A stretch of DNA of 64,000 nucleotides from an uncultured Chloroflexia bacterium (GCA_963765765.1 CAVXYC010000001.1:256001-320000), one strand, 5' to 3'. Positions 32,053 through 45,644 are shown, counted from the first letter of the stretch. Translations and numbers: made by a program. Notes: a model not told the origin generated them from the letters alone.

Positions 32053-34290
32053 ATGCTCAGAGTCGTTGGCCAGCGAGTTCCGAAGATCGAGGGTGCCGAA
32101 AAGGTCACGGGTCACACGCCCTACACGGCCGATGTCCATCTCCCCGGGCTGCTCTGGGGCAAGGTGCTGCGGAGTCCGCACGCCTACGCGCGTATCAAGA
32201 GCATCGATGTTTCAGCGGCGCGCGCGCTCCCGGGCGTCAAGGCTGTCATCACCGCCCAGGACATCCCTTACATCCTGGTTGGCCGTCGGCTCAAGGACGT
32301 GCCTCCCCTGGCTAAGGACATCGTTCGCTTCGTCGGCGAGCGCGTGGCTGCTGTCGCCGCGGAAGATCCTAATGTGGCCCAGGAAGCACTGGGTCTTATC
32401 GATGTCGAGTACGAGGAGCTCGAGCCGCTTCTGGATCCTCTGGAGGCCATAAAGCCGGGCGCGCCGCTACTCCATCCGGATATCGCGACCTACGAAGGCC
32501 TACCCAAGACGCTTCCCGCCGACGTCCCGAACATTCACTCGTTTCTGGAGCGTCGGGCAGGAGATCTCGATGCCGGGTTCGCGGACGCGGACGAGATCTT
32601 CGAGGCCACCTACCAGACGTCGATGATGCACCAGGCCTATCTGGAGCCGCATTCCTGCCTGGTCAACATCGACGATGCAGGTCGGGTTCACGTGTGGGCC
32701 ACCAACAAAAGCCCCTACTCGCTGCGCACGCACGTGGCCCAGGCGCTCGATATAGATGAGGACAACGTCGTTGTCGAGCACACTCGTATCGGTGGAGAGT
32801 TCGGCGGCAAGGGCGCGGTCATGGACATCCCGGTCGCCTATCACCTGGCCCGAATCACCGGCAGCCCGATCCGCATCGTCATGACATACACCGAGGAGTT
32901 CCTTGCGGGGAATCCTCGTCATCCATCCGTCATTAAGTTCAAGACGGGCGTCAAGCGCGACGGCACGATTACCGCGCATCAGGCGGTGACCGTGTTCGAC
33001 AGCGGTGCGTATGGCGGGTTCAAACCCGTTCCCGACGTCTCCCTAGGCGGCGGCATGAAAACCGGCGGCTGCTATCGCATTCCCAATGTGCTCATACAGT
33101 CCTACATTGCGTACACCAACCACATACCGGGCGGCTTCATGCGCGCCCCGGGCGATCCTCAGGGCGTCTTCGCGGCAGAGAGCCATTTCGACGTGATAGC
33201 GCGGAAGCTCGATCTGGACCCGCTGGAGTTTCGTCGCAAAAACATCATTCAGCAGGGCGATTCTGCGCCATCAGGGCAGGTCTGGAGCGACATGATCGCT
33301 CCAGACGTACTCGAGCGCGCGATCGAAGCAGTTGATTGGCATGGACCCAAGGAGCCAAATGTGGGGCGCGGTCTGGCTGTGACGCATCGGCACCAGGGTG
33401 CTGGCGAGAGCAAGACGCGCTTGACGCTGCATCCCGATGGCCGTGTGGTCATCACCACGGGCGTCCCCGACGCTGGCCAGGGCTCGCACACGATGATGAA
33501 GCAGATCGCCGCGGAAGTGCTCACCATCCCGATGGAGCAGATCGATATCGCTGTGGGCAATACCGATGAAGCCCCACCGGATCCGGGCATCGGCGGGGCG
33601 CGCCACGGGCACATCGCCGGCCAGGGCGCCTTCGGAGGCTCGCAGGAGCTATTTGAGCGGATGCGCTTAGCGCTGGCGGAAGAGATGGGTTGGCAGGAGG
33701 ATCGGATCACCCTCCAGGATGGCGCCTTCGTGGTCGACGGTCAGCCTGATAGCGCCGCGCCATTCAATCGCGTCGCAGAGATTGCTACCAATCATAGTGA
33801 CGGTCTCATCGATTTCATCTACACCTACACCAAGAGCAGTGCAGAGCAGGAATGCTTCACAACGCAGATCGCCGAAGTGAAGGTTGATCCTGACACGGGA
33901 GCGTTTGAGATTCTCAAATTTGTCACCGCGCACGATGCCGGTACCTTGATCAATCCGATGATGGCAGAAGGTCAGATCGACGGCGGATTCGTCCAGGGCT
34001 TCGGCTTCAGCGTGATGGAAGAGATGCAGCTCGAAGACGGTCGCGTCACGAATGGCAATTTCGGGGATTACAAGATCCCAACCATCGCGGACATCCCGGA
34101 GCTCCAGACAATCTGGCTGGAGGCGGTAGGGCCAATCCCGTTCTCCGGCAAAGCCGTGGCCGAGCATTCCCTGATCCCCACCGCCGCGGCAATTGCCAAC
34201 GCCATCGACGACGCAGTCGGCGTTCGAATCACCTCAACGCCGATCACAGCGGAGAAGGTATTCGCCGCGCTACAGGAGAAAAAGGGGTAG
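32053..34290 (+). CDS. Xanthine dehydrogenase family molybdopterin-binding (large) subunit
   Basis: KVTG..YTAD, LRSPHAYARI, GGEFGGKG, MRAPG, GQGSHT, GQIDGG, DYKIPT. Confidence 0.93.
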   Translation: MLRVVGQRVPKIEGAEKVTGHTPYTADVHLPGLLWGKVLRSPHAYARIKSIDVSAARALPGVKAVITAQDIPYILVGRRLKDVPPLAKDIVRFVGERVAAVAAEDPNVAQEALGLIDVEYEELEPLLDPLEAIKPGAPLLHPDIATYEGLPKTLPADVPNIHSFLERRAGDLDAGFADADEIFEATYQTSMMHQAYLEPHSCLVNIDDAGRVHVWATNKSPYSLRTHVAQALDIDEDNVVVEHTRIGGEFGGKGAVMDIPVAYHLARITGSPIRIVMTYTEEFLAGNPRHPSVIKFKTGVKRDGTITAHQAVTVFDSGAYGGFKPVPDVSLGGGMKTGGCYRIPNVLIQSYIAYTNHIPGGFMRAPGDPQGVFAAESHFDVIARKLDLDPLEFRRKNIIQQGDSAPSGQVWSDMIAPDVLERAIEAVDWHGPKEPNVGRGLAVTHRHQGAGESKTRLTLHPDGRVVITTGVPDAGQGSHTMMKQIAAEVLTIPMEQIDIAVGNTDEAPPDPGIGGARHGHIAGQGAFGGSQELFERMRLALAEEMGWQEDRITLQDGAFVVDGQPDSAAPFNRVAEIATNHSDGLIDFIYTYTKSSAEQECFTTQIAEVKVDPDTGAFEILKFVTAHDAGTLINPMMAEGQIDGGFVQGFGFSVMEEMQLEDGRVTNGNFGDYKIPTIADIPELQTIWLEAVGPIPFSGKAVAEHSLIPTAAAIANAIDDAVGVRITSTPITAEKVFAALQEKKG

Positions 34291-34299
34291 ACGGCCCCA

Positions 34300-34398
34300 G
34301 ACGTAGTGGCGTCCCTTTACGGGCGCCACTTAGGTGTCAAACCCGCGCTCGCAACGGGGATGTCTAAGATGGCGCCCGTAAAGGGGCGCCACTACGTC
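34300..34398. repeat. GTAG-type REP doublet
   Basis: GACGTAGTGGCGTCCCTTTACGGGCGCCA (34300-34328) and inverted copy (34370-34398), one mismatch. Confidence 0.85.
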
Positions 34399-34411
34399 GG
34401 CCTAGCAACAA

Positions 34412-35193
34412 TTACGCGTGGCGGAACTTCGCCGGGCGCTTCTCGATGAACGCCGACATGCCTTCTTTCTGGTCCTCGGTGGCGAAGGTGGAATGGAAGG
34501 CACGGCGCTCATGGAGCAGACCCTCGGAAAGCGGCGTCTCGAACGCCCGATTGACGGCCTCCTTGACCATCATTGACGCGTTGCGCGACGATTCCAGCGA
34601 CTTTGGCTGCTACCGCCAGCGCTTCATCGATGAGCTTGTCGGCCGGCACGATCCGCGACACGAGTCCGGACCGCTCGGCTTCCTCAGCGTCCATCATCCG
34701 ACCGGTGAGGCACATCTCCATGGCCTTGGCTTTGCCGACGGCACGGGTGAGCCGTTGCGATCCACCCATGCCCGGGAATGACGCCGAGCGTAATTTCAGG
34801 CTGGCCGAACCGGGCCGTGTCCGCGGCCAGTAGAATGTCGCACATCATGGCCAGCTCGCAGCCTCCGCCCAACGCGTAGCCTGAGACAGCAGCAATCAAC
34901 GGCGTGCGGACTCGATTCATGGCCTCCCAGCCACCGAACATATCGCTGGCGTAGGCATCGCTAAAGCTGTGCGGCTGCATTTCCTTGATGTCCGCGCCCG
35001 CTGCAAAGGCCCGCTCCGATCCGGTGATGACGATGGCGCCAATTGCCGGATCGCTGTCCAGCTCGGCGGCTGCTGAGGTCACTTCACGCATCACCGTCAG
35101 GTTCAGCGCATTGAGCGCTTGCGGTCGGTTGAGCGTGATCATCGCCACGCCGTCACCCGTGCGCTCCACCAGAATCGTCTCGTAGTCCGTCAC
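34412..35193 (-). CDS. Enoyl-CoA hydratase (frameshifted near 34775 and 34585)
   Basis: [57 protein letters not shown]. Confidence 0.9.
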
Positions 35194-36257
35194 CGTGTCC
35201 CCCTGTCACCTGCATTCTCGTCGAGCCCAAGCTCGCGCTCACCACTACCCTTGAAATATTCGCTCACTGCGTCATCGCTCACTTCGGCTAGCGTCGCGGG
35301 GAGCCAATGTGGGTTCCGATCCTTGTCGATCACCTGGGCACGAATGCCTTCTACCAGGTCGTGCGCGTGCAGACATACGCTGGCGATTCGGAACTCCTGG
35401 TTGAGCGCGGCTTCCACGGTGGACATCTTTGCCGCGGAGCGAATCGCCCGTAGGGTGATCTTCACCGAGGTGGGCGACCGCTTTTCGATCTCGCTTGCGA
35501 CGTCAGCCGCATCGCCCTCATGGGCTCTGAGCTCGGTCAGGATCTCTTCCGCCGAGGCCGCTCCATAGCTAGCGTCGATCCACTCAGCTTGGTCGGCGAG
35601 GCGACTGGGCGGCGGCACTTCAGCAAAGCGTGCAATAGCCGCCTGAGGCTCTTCGTCAACGAGCGCGCGAAGCAGATCCGACAGTTTGTGGCTGGGCACG
35701 AAGTAGTCGGCCAGCCCGCAATGGATCGCATCCGCGCCGGACACGTCTCCGCCCGTCATACCCATGTGCGTGCCAAGCTCGCCGGGGCATCTCGATAAGA
35801 GAAATGTACCGCCGATATCCGGCACGAAGCCGATCCGCGTCTCTGGCATGCCCACCCGAGATCGCTCGGTCACGACGCGAACGGATCCATGGGCGGAGAT
35901 TCCAACTCCCCCGCCCATGACGAGGCCGTCCATCAACGCCACGTACGGCTTCGGGTATCGGGCTATTCGCGCGTTCAAGTGATACTCATCGGCCCAGAAC
36001 TCGAGCGCCGCCGCCGGGTTTGATTTCGCGCCCTCGTAAATTGCGCGGACATCGCCGCCGGCACAGAGTCCGCGCTCGCCCTCTCCACGAATCGCCACAG
36101 CCCGAACTCGATCGTCTTCAGCCCAGGCCGCCAGTGTGTCGTCGATGGCGAGAATCATCCCGTGCGTGAGCGCATTGATCGCCTGGGGACGATTCAACGT
36201 GACTAACCCAAGCCCGTTCTCTACGGACGTGTGGACTTCAGTCTCCATCGCAGTCAT
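35190..36257 (-). CDS. 3-hydroxyisobutyryl-CoA hydrolase family protein
   Basis: [53 protein letters not shown]. Confidence 0.92.
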   Translation of the reverse strand: MTAMETEVHTSVENGLGLVTLNRPQAINALTHGMILAIDDTLAAWAEDDRVRAVAIRGEGERGLCAGGDVRAIYEGAKSNPAAALEFWADEYHLNARIARYPKPYVALMDGLVMGGGVGISAHGSVRVVTERSRVGMPETRIGFVPDIGGTFLLSRCPGELGTHMGMTGGDVSGADAIHCGLADYFVPSHKLSDLLRALVDEEPQAAIARFAEVPPPSRLADQAEWIDASYGAASAEEILTELRAHEGDAADVASEIEKRSPTSVKITLRAIRSAAKMSTVEAALNQEFRIASVCLHAHDLVEGIRAQVIDKDRNPHWLPATLAEVSDDAVSEYFKGSGERELGLDENAGDRGTR

Positions 36258-36456
36258 GGCGCTTCTACCCGGTGCACAAGAAGAATCATTGTCTGCCGAT
36301 CCCTTTTGAGACCAGTGTATCCGCGGACGACTAGCGCGGGATTTGCCGGGACCATCGTCACTCTGAAATCAAGAACCGTCAAAAGACATCCGAGAGTCCT
36401 GGGGGCGCGGGGGTCCCGCGCGCTCCAGGACGCAGCTGACCTTCCGCAATAAGCCG

Positions 36457-36485
36457 TTGCTAAAATAGCAAATATTCATTACACT
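36457..36485 (+). promoter_or_regulatory. sigma70-type promoter overlapped by a palindromic operator candidate
   Basis: TTGCTA-N17-TACACT; TTGCTA-AAA-TAGCAA palindrome covers the -35. Confidence 0.6.
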
Positions 36486-36518
36486 CATTTCTAGCATGCT
36501 GCCGGCTCGGAGGAGCCC

Positions 36519-37652
36519 ATGCCTTCAGATACGATGGAAGTTTTGCTTCGTGCCGCGCGGCAGCGCGTCGGACTATCCCAGGGTGAGCTTGCGTCCCGGG
36601 TGGGCGTGAGTCGACAAGCAATCAGCGCTATTGAGACGGGTCGCGCCGCGCCGACGATGCCGGTGGCCTTGCGCTGTGCTCAGGTGTTGGGCGTACGTGC
36701 CGATGAGCTATTTCGGCTGGTTGACGCCCTTCCCAGCCTGGAGGCTGACATTCTGGCTGCCACCGACCTGCCAGGTGGTGGACCGTATCGCGTACACGTG
36801 GCGCGCGTCGGCGGCCGAACCGTTGCGCGACCCTTGATCGGCGCCAGCGGACTGCTGGTCTCATTGCCGCGTGCAAATGGCTTGCTTCGCTCAGTGGGTG
36901 ACGGCCAACTGCGGGCCACCGTGGAGCTATTTGACGATCCGGACGATCTCGATCGCACTGTGGTTCTGGCGGGCTGCGACCCATCCATGAGCGTCCTTGC
37001 GGATCACGTTCGCCGACGCCACCCAGGCGTGGATCTCGTGTGCCAGGCGAGCAACAGCCGGGCGGCGTTGGAGTCGGTTGCGCGCGGGGAAGCGCACGTG
37101 GCAGGCCTGCATCTTCTCGACCCTGACACGGGTGAGTACAATCGGCCGTTCGCCCAGGAAGCGCTGGGTCGGGACGTGCGCCTGGTGACATTCGCGATCT
37201 GGGAGCAGGGCCTCATGGTCTCACCCGGTCGCGTGGGCGAGGTTCGTGGCATCCGATCGTTGGTGCACCCTGGGGTGCGCGTGGTGAATCGAGAAGTAGG
37301 TAGTGGCGCACGTGCGCTCCTCGATGCAGAGCTGCTCCGAGCCGGTATAGACTCCGCCGCGATCAGTGGATATGACACAGTGGTCAAGAGCCATCTGGCC
37401 GCTGCCGAGGCGGTGGCCGCTGGATTAGCGGACGTCGCCATTGGCGCCCGTGTAGCAGCCCAGGCGCTGGGCCTCGATTTCGTCCTGCTGACCGAAGAGC
37501 GATATGACCTGGCAATACCAGATAGATTCTTCGGACTCAGCCCAGTCCAGGCACTGCTAGAAACGCTAACAAGTCCACTGTTCAGGCGGGAGATTGATGC
37601 GTTTGGCGGTTACGACGTTGCGCCCATGGGCAATGAGATCGCCGCTGCATGA
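36519..37652 (+). CDS. XRE-HTH + PBP (molybdate-binding type) transcriptional regulator
   Basis: LSQGELASRVGVSRQAISAIETG HTH; GCDP, AHVAGLHL, NREVGSGAR, EERYDL PBP_like motifs. Confidence 0.88.
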   Translation: MPSDTMEVLLRAARQRVGLSQGELASRVGVSRQAISAIETGRAAPTMPVALRCAQVLGVRADELFRLVDALPSLEADILAATDLPGGGPYRVHVARVGGRTVARPLIGASGLLVSLPRANGLLRSVGDGQLRATVELFDDPDDLDRTVVLAGCDPSMSVLADHVRRRHPGVDLVCQASNSRAALESVARGEAHVAGLHLLDPDTGEYNRPFAQEALGRDVRLVTFAIWEQGLMVSPGRVGEVRGIRSLVHPGVRVVNREVGSGARALLDAELLRAGIDSAAISGYDTVVKSHLAAAEAVAAGLADVAIGARVAAQALGLDFVLLTEERYDLAIPDRFFGLSPVQALLETLTSPLFRREIDAFGGYDVAPMGNEIAAA

Positions 37653-38498
37653 GCTTGAGAATCCGGCACCTCGCCATCATCCTTGTTTCGCTTTACCTGA
37701 GCGTCGGCTGCTCTGCCGGGAATACGACGCCGTCCACATCCACTCCGGCGAATACATCGACGCTTACGGTGTTCGCCGCATCCTCACTGACCGACGCGTT
37801 CAAAGAGGTCGGAACGATCTTCGAATCGAATCACCGGAACCGCCGTCGTTTTCAATTTTGGAGCGTCCTCGCAGCTTCGAACACAACTCGAGCAGGGCGC
37901 TCCCGCGGACGTGTTTGCGTCGGCCGACACCGTGCAAATGGAACGAGCGCGGCAGGCAGGTGTGATCGCTGGATCTGATCAGATCTTCGCGACCAATCGC
38001 CTGATGGTGATCACTCCGGCAACCAATCCCGCCGCAGTCACAGGACCCGAGGATCTCGGCAAGGGCGGAATCAAGATCGTGAGTGCACAACTTGACGTGC
38101 CCATCGGGGCGTACACGCAGTCGATGTTCGAGGCAATGAGCCGAGACACTCGGTTCGGCTCGGACTTCATGGACCGCGCCAACGCGAATATCGTCTCTCG
38201 CGAGCCGAACGTGCGCCAGATCGTGGCCAAGATTCAGCTCGGCGAGGGCGACGCGGCTCTGGTGTACAAGTCGGACATCACCCCCCAGGCTGCTCCGGAC
38301 CTGGCGACGTTCGAGATTCCGGATGTATTCAATACCGTTGCTGAATACCCGATCGCCAGAGTGACGAACGGACCGGCGAGTGACGTGGCGACACAATTCA
38401 TCGCCTTCGTGGTTTCACCTGAAGGCCAATCCGTTCTTCAGCGATGGAACTTCCTGGCCGCTGCGCCCACCGCTCGGGAGCCGGCAGCAGCACAATAG
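37649..38498 (+). CDS. modA: Molybdate ABC transporter substrate-binding protein (frameshifted near 37840-37860)
   Basis: LTVFAASSLTDAF, DVFASAD, FATNRL, VPIGAY, EPNVRQIVAKIQLGEGDAALVYKSD. Confidence 0.9.
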
Positions 38499-38513
38499 CG
38501 CGGCGCGCGTTTG

Positions 38514-38611
38514 CCTTTGGACTGCGGGGGGCTTCGCCGCTTTCACGCCGGGCGGAAGCCGAACGCGCTCCACGCTCGCCTAAAGCGGCGAGAACCGCCG
38601 CACTCCAAAGG
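38514..38611. repeat. REP-like inverted pair (TTGGA[CG]TGCGG...CCGCTTT type)
   Basis: CCTTTGGACTGCGG..CGCCGCTTT and AAAGCGGCG..CCGCACTCCAAAGG. Confidence 0.65.
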
Positions 38612-38622
38612 TCTGGGGATTC

Positions 38623-38785
38623 TTAGCGCACGACCACCGTCTTGACGTTCATGAGCTCGCGGACGCCGTAGGCGCTTAAATCCCGTCGTCGCCCGACATC
38701 TTGACCCCGCCAAAAGCCAAACGGGAGACGCGGTCCGACGCTACCCGGCCAATGGTGAACGTGGCGCCCGCCTCGAGCTTCTCGT
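38623..38785 (-). pseudogene. Degenerate duplicate of the SSADH 3' end
   Basis: LEAGATF...PRLPFG...KMSG...LSAYGVRELMNVKTVVVR* parallels 45824-45985. Confidence 0.85.
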
Positions 38786-38915
38786 CGACACCATCTGTGG
38801 GCCGGGGTTCGGCGGTATCCTGACAGGGCGCAAGAGCGCAGTTTCTCCATGTAGGATGCTGGCCTGCGTCGCCGCACGTCGGCTACCTGACGATCCCGCG
38901 ACTTGAACGGAGAAA

Positions 38916-40094
38916 GTGATGCAGCGAAGTACGGGTCGAATCCTAACCACGCATACTGGGAGCCTGCCTCGTCCGACGGACCTGCTGGAAGCAATGCGGG
39001 CTCGAGAGCTCGGTCGGCCGTTCGACCAACCAGCGTTCGAGCAACGCTTGAAGGAAGCCGTAGCCGAGAACGTCCGTCAGCAAGTCGCCGCCGGCATCGA
39101 CATCGTGAATGACGGCGAGGTAGGCAAACCAAGCTTCTCAGCGTATGTTATGGATCGGTTGAGCGGTTTCGAAGCGCGGCCGCTGCCAGAGGGAGCTCCC
39201 CGACCCTCCGGCCCAATCGACCCCAACGGCCGTGACGCGCAGCGGTTCCCCGACTATTACGAATACGTGCTGGCCCATAGTCCGTTCGAGAACACCATCC
39301 GGATGGCGCCCCGTGTCTGTGTCGGCCCGGTGCGTTACGTGGGTCAGCAGCTAGTGCAGCGAGACATTGCCAACCTCAACGCGGCCACGGCCGGTCTCAA
39401 CGTGGTGGAGGCATTTCTACCCTCCGCGTCACCGATCCCCATGATCGGCCTGAACGAGCACTATGGCTCGGAAGAGGAATACGCTGTCGCTTACGCGGAC
39501 GCGATGCGCGAGGAATATCGGATCATCCTGGATGCCGGGCTGCTACTACAGATCGACGATCCCCGCATGGTCAGCAGCTGGGACAACCGGTACGATCTGA
39601 CTCTCGACGAGTACCGAAGAGATGCCCAGCGTCGCGTCGAGCTGATTAACTACGCGCTCCGTGACCTACCGGAAGACCGAATCCGGTACCACACCTGTTA
39701 CGGCGTCAACTTCGGGCCGCGCGTGAGCGACCTCCAGTTGGAGAATGTGATCGATATCTTCTTCCAGATCCACGCCGGCGCCTACTCGTTTGAGGCCGCC
39801 AATCCCCGCCACGAGCATGAGTGGCGGCTGTTCGAGCGCGTGAAGGTACCCGAAGGGAAAGTTCTCATCCCCGGGATGGTTACTCACTCCAACGTCATGA
39901 TCGAGCATCCGGAGACCGTGGCCGATCGCATCGAGCGCTGGGCGCGCACCGTTGGCAACGAAAGTCTGATCGTCGGTAACGATTGTGGCTTCGCGTCGAC
40001 CGCGGGCAACGCCGAGATTCCGCCCACCGTAGCCTGGGCCAAACTCCAGGCCCTGAGTGAAGGTGCCCAGGTGGCGTCCAGGCGTCTGATCTAA
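38916..40094 (+). CDS. Cobalamin-independent methionine synthase II family protein (MetE C-terminal type)
   Basis: TTHTGSLPRP, DIVNDGE, LQIDDP, HTCYG, EAANPRHEHEW, DCGF. Confidence 0.9.
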   Translation: MMQRSTGRILTTHTGSLPRPTDLLEAMRARELGRPFDQPAFEQRLKEAVAENVRQQVAAGIDIVNDGEVGKPSFSAYVMDRLSGFEARPLPEGAPRPSGPIDPNGRDAQRFPDYYEYVLAHSPFENTIRMAPRVCVGPVRYVGQQLVQRDIANLNAATAGLNVVEAFLPSASPIPMIGLNEHYGSEEEYAVAYADAMREEYRIILDAGLLLQIDDPRMVSSWDNRYDLTLDEYRRDAQRRVELINYALRDLPEDRIRYHTCYGVNFGPRVSDLQLENVIDIFFQIHAGAYSFEAANPRHEHEWRLFERVKVPEGKVLIPGMVTHSNVMIEHPETVADRIERWARTVGNESLIVGNDCGFASTAGNAEIPPTVAWAKLQALSEGAQVASRRLI

Positions 40095-40125
40095 ACGATT
40101 CGGCTGGGTAGAGAAAAGCCGTTTC

Positions 40126-40512
40126 TCAGAGCGTCAGGATTGGAAGACTGAGAGAGCGAGCCGCGGCGACGAGGCGGCCATCATAGCTCGCCAACTCAAT
40201 CGACTGACCGCGCCCGTGGAGAAAATCGAGGGTGGCCAGGTGCAGAGCGTCCAGTGTACGCACGGGCACGGGGAACGGTTGGAGCGCACGCGCCAGGATT
40301 GGCGGAGCCAGCTCGACATAGATGACCCCGTTCAGCAGCTCACGTACCGCGTCGCCGTGCGTCGCCGCCAAACGCCGCGCGTTGACCCGATTCCAGACTT
40401 CGTACTGGAGCAAGCGGCTCGCCGTCAGCGGCTTCAGCCACAGATCCTCAGGCGGGAGCCGATCCTCTGCGAATAGCTGTGCAAGCGCGACCGAGGTGTC
40501 AAGGTAAATCAC
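40126..40512 (-). CDS. vapC: PIN-domain toxin
   Basis: MIYLDTS, RTLDALHLAT, SYDGRL. Confidence 0.9.
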   Translation of the reverse strand: MIYLDTSVALAQLFAEDRLPPEDLWLKPLTASRLLQYEVWNRVNARRLAATHGDAVRELLNGVIYVELAPPILARALQPFPVPVRTLDALHLATLDFLHGRGQSIELASYDGRLVAAARSLSLPILTL

Positions 40513-40799
40513 CGGTCGGCGCGGTCTTCCTCCAGCTCGCGCATCAAGTCACGCAAGGTGGTAATCGGCGCCCGCGATGGAGGTCCGCTGAGCGGGTGGG
40601 CTGCCGGTGTTAGCCATCCCTGGCGCATGAGGTCAACGAGCACCGCGTCCGCGACCGTTGTGGCACGGTCGACCCGAGGCGGGACCAGCTCCGCGACAAC
40701 CTGATCTCGATCGGTTACGAGTATCGTCTCACCACCACGGGCAAGACGGACGTATTCCGAGAGCTTATTCTTGAGCACCTTTATCCCGACTGCACGCAC
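40509..40799 (-). CDS. Phd/YefM family antitoxin
   Basis: VGIKVLKNKLSEYVRLARGGETILVTDRDQVVAEL; stop overlaps toxin start. Confidence 0.88.
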   Translation of the reverse strand: MRAVGIKVLKNKLSEYVRLARGGETILVTDRDQVVAELVPPRVDRATTVADAVLVDLMRQGWLTPAAHPLSGPPSRAPITTLRDLMRELEEDRADR

Positions 40800-40835
40800 G
40801 ACCAAATAGTAGCCCCCAGTAGCTACTTGAGTCAA
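40800..40835 (-). promoter_or_regulatory. TA promoter, probably leaderless, with GTAGCTAC palindrome
   Basis: TTGACT-N18-TACTAT 6 nt before GTG; palindrome lies in the spacer. Confidence 0.55.
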
Positions 40836-40867
40836 TACCAACAGGGCGTGGTCCCCGCGGCGCAGCT

Positions 40868-40989
40868 CGTGGGTCATGATTGTGGCTTCGCGTCGACAGC
40901 GGGCGTGCCGAGTTTCACCCGCCGTTGCCTGGGACTAGCTCCAAGCTCTGAGCGAAGGTGCCCGGGTGGCCTCCGAGCGCCTGGGCTAA
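40868..40989 (+). pseudogene. Degenerate duplicate of the MetE-like gene 3' end
   Basis: GATTGTGGCTTCGCGTCGAC identical to 39981-40000; similarity continues to the stop codon. Confidence 0.85.
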
Positions 40990-41102
40990 CCGCTTCGCGG
41001 TCTTGGTAGTAAGGCTGAGCAGATCGCGCGCTGGCGTGGGACATCGAAAAGTGACGCCCAACAACCGCGGCCCCCGTCGCCGCGCCGTCGTCGACACATA
41101 TG

Positions 41103-41840
41103 TCAGATAACCTCTCGCGGCGTGACGAACCGTCGCGGCCACGAGTCGACGTGGCGTAGCAGCACGCGAGCCAGCTCCTCCTTGCGGGGCTCGAGATCCG
41201 GAGTCGGGCCCACGAGTGTGACTGACGCCACCGCCTCATTCGATTCATTACGCACGGTCGTCGCGATGGCGAAGCGCGTGCCGCCCAGGCGCAGGTTCCG
41301 CGCGATCCGAGTTCTCGCGATCTCTTGGTACTCCGCCAGGAAGGCGTGGACCAGATCCACCTCCTCCGCGCCGCGACGGCGCAGATAGGTCTCGAGCTCG
41401 GCTTCCGACTGCGCGGCGAGCAGCGCCTTGCCGCCGGCCGTGGCCAGCAGGGGCCGGCGGATGTTGGACCGCGCCTCGAACCCGGTCAGGGCATCGCTCC
41501 CCACCTCGGCGATGTACACAAGATGGTCGCCGGCCCGGACGCCGAGAAACGCCGCCACGTTTGTCTCCTGGTAGAGCGCGGCCAGGTCCGCGTGTGTGAC
41601 TAATCCCGCCCGAATATGGCCGCTCGCGAGAGTGAGGCTGTACACGGCGGGCCCAAGATAGAAACGGTGATCCTGCTCGTGGAGCCAGCCCTTGGAGAGT
41701 AGCCCGCGAACGAAGCCGTGGACGGAGCTCTTCGGCGCATCGAGAGTGCGCGCGAGGTCGGCGAGCGTCATCCCCGGGTGATAGACGACCGTCTCGACGA
41801 TGTGCGTGATCCGATCGACGGTGCGATGGCTTTCTGGCAT
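41103..41840 (-). CDS. IclR family transcriptional regulator
   Basis: TVDRI..IVE, LADLARTLDAPKSSVHGFV HTH, PLLATAGGKALLA. Confidence 0.9.
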   Translation of the reverse strand: MPESHRTVDRITHIVETVVYHPGMTLADLARTLDAPKSSVHGFVRGLLSKGWLHEQDHRFYLGPAVYSLTLASGHIRAGLVTHADLAALYQETNVAAFLGVRAGDHLVYIAEVGSDALTGFEARSNIRRPLLATAGGKALLAAQSEAELETYLRRRGAEEVDLVHAFLAEYQEIARTRIARNLRLGGTRFAIATTVRNESNEAVASVTLVGPTPDLEPRKEELARVLLRHVDSWPRRFVTPREVI

Positions 41841-42023
41841 AGCGTGGATATCGTACAGCCGATCTTCGACCACTGAGTCCAGCTCGGGTTGCCCTCGCCG
41901 CACCTTCGATAGGTCGCCGCGCACTGGCATAAGGCGTGCACAGATTCGCCCAATCATCCGTATATACGAACACTCGAACGATTGGCAATGTGGGATCCGG
42001 GCTTTAATGAGAGGCATTCAGAT

Positions 42024-44413
<2,390 letters not shown>

Positions 44414-44414
44414 C

Positions 44415-45164
44415 ATGCACCAGCACGCCGAGACCGACCCCACCCGCGACCGGGCGATAGGGACGACGCTCGGGTACGGCAGGCCGATCGCGCTGGGGCG
44501 GCGCTCGTTCCTGCGGGGTGCCCTTGTGGGGGTAGCAGGCATGGTGATCGGCGCCGGGATGAGTAGCTGCTCCGCGTCTTCACCGAGCCGCGTGGAAGCC
44601 CAGCCCGAGCCGAAACCGGTGACGCCCCCGTCGACCGGAAACACGGCCTTGTTAGCCTATTTCTCGCGGGCCGGCGAGAACTACTACTACGGCGGACGGA
44701 CCTACCTCACGCTCGGGAACACCGAAGTGCTGGCGGGCATGATCGCCCGGCTCATCGGGTGTGACGTCCACCGCATCGACCCCGTCGATCCCTATCCCGA
44801 GGACTACGAGGAGACCCGCGAGCGGAACGTCAGGGAGCAACGCGCCAATGCCCGTCCGGCCATCGCGAACCCGCTGGACTCGATCGAGCGCTATGACACC
44901 GTGCTGCTGGGCAGCCCGATCTGGAACGTCAGGGCTCCCATGATCATGTCGACCTTCGTCGAGAGTTTCGACTTCACCGGCATGACCGTCTTCCCGTTCG
45001 TGACGTACGCGGTGAGCGGACTGGGCACGACGATGCGCGATTATGCCGCGGCGTGCCCCGGCGCAACCATCGGGGAGGGTCTCGCGGTGCGCGGCGAAGA
45101 AGTGGGGGAGGCCGGTGCCGCGGTCGAGTCGTGGCTGCGGCGCATCGACCTGCTCAAGACATGA
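44415..45164 (+). CDS. Flavodoxin (Flavodoxin_4-like) with Tat lipoprotein signal
   Basis: RRSFL; AYFSRAGENY, GNTEVLA, LGSPIW, PFVTYAVSGLG. Confidence 0.88.
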   Translation: MHQHAETDPTRDRAIGTTLGYGRPIALGRRSFLRGALVGVAGMVIGAGMSSCSASSPSRVEAQPEPKPVTPPSTGNTALLAYFSRAGENYYYGGRTYLTLGNTEVLAGMIARLIGCDVHRIDPVDPYPEDYEETRERNVREQRANARPAIANPLDSIERYDTVLLGSPIWNVRAPMIMSTFVESFDFTGMTVFPFVTYAVSGLGTTMRDYAAACPGATIGEGLAVRGEEVGEAGAAVESWLRRIDLLKT

Positions 45165-45292
45165 CGCAGGCCGGACGCTTGGCGGCGGCAGACGCCGGGC
45201 AGAAGCGCGGACGTGGCCACAACACAGGAGCAGCGGTGATACTCGCAGCTCACCAGTCAATCGGGACAACCGGGCATAAAGGAGAACGACCC

Positions 45293-45644
<352 letters not shown>

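Noticed and set aside
36385-36432. Hairpin upstream of the Mo regulator as a Moco riboswitch
   Set aside because: It lies upstream of the predicted promoter, lacks the Moco/Wco consensus segments and looks like a single REP-like palindrome
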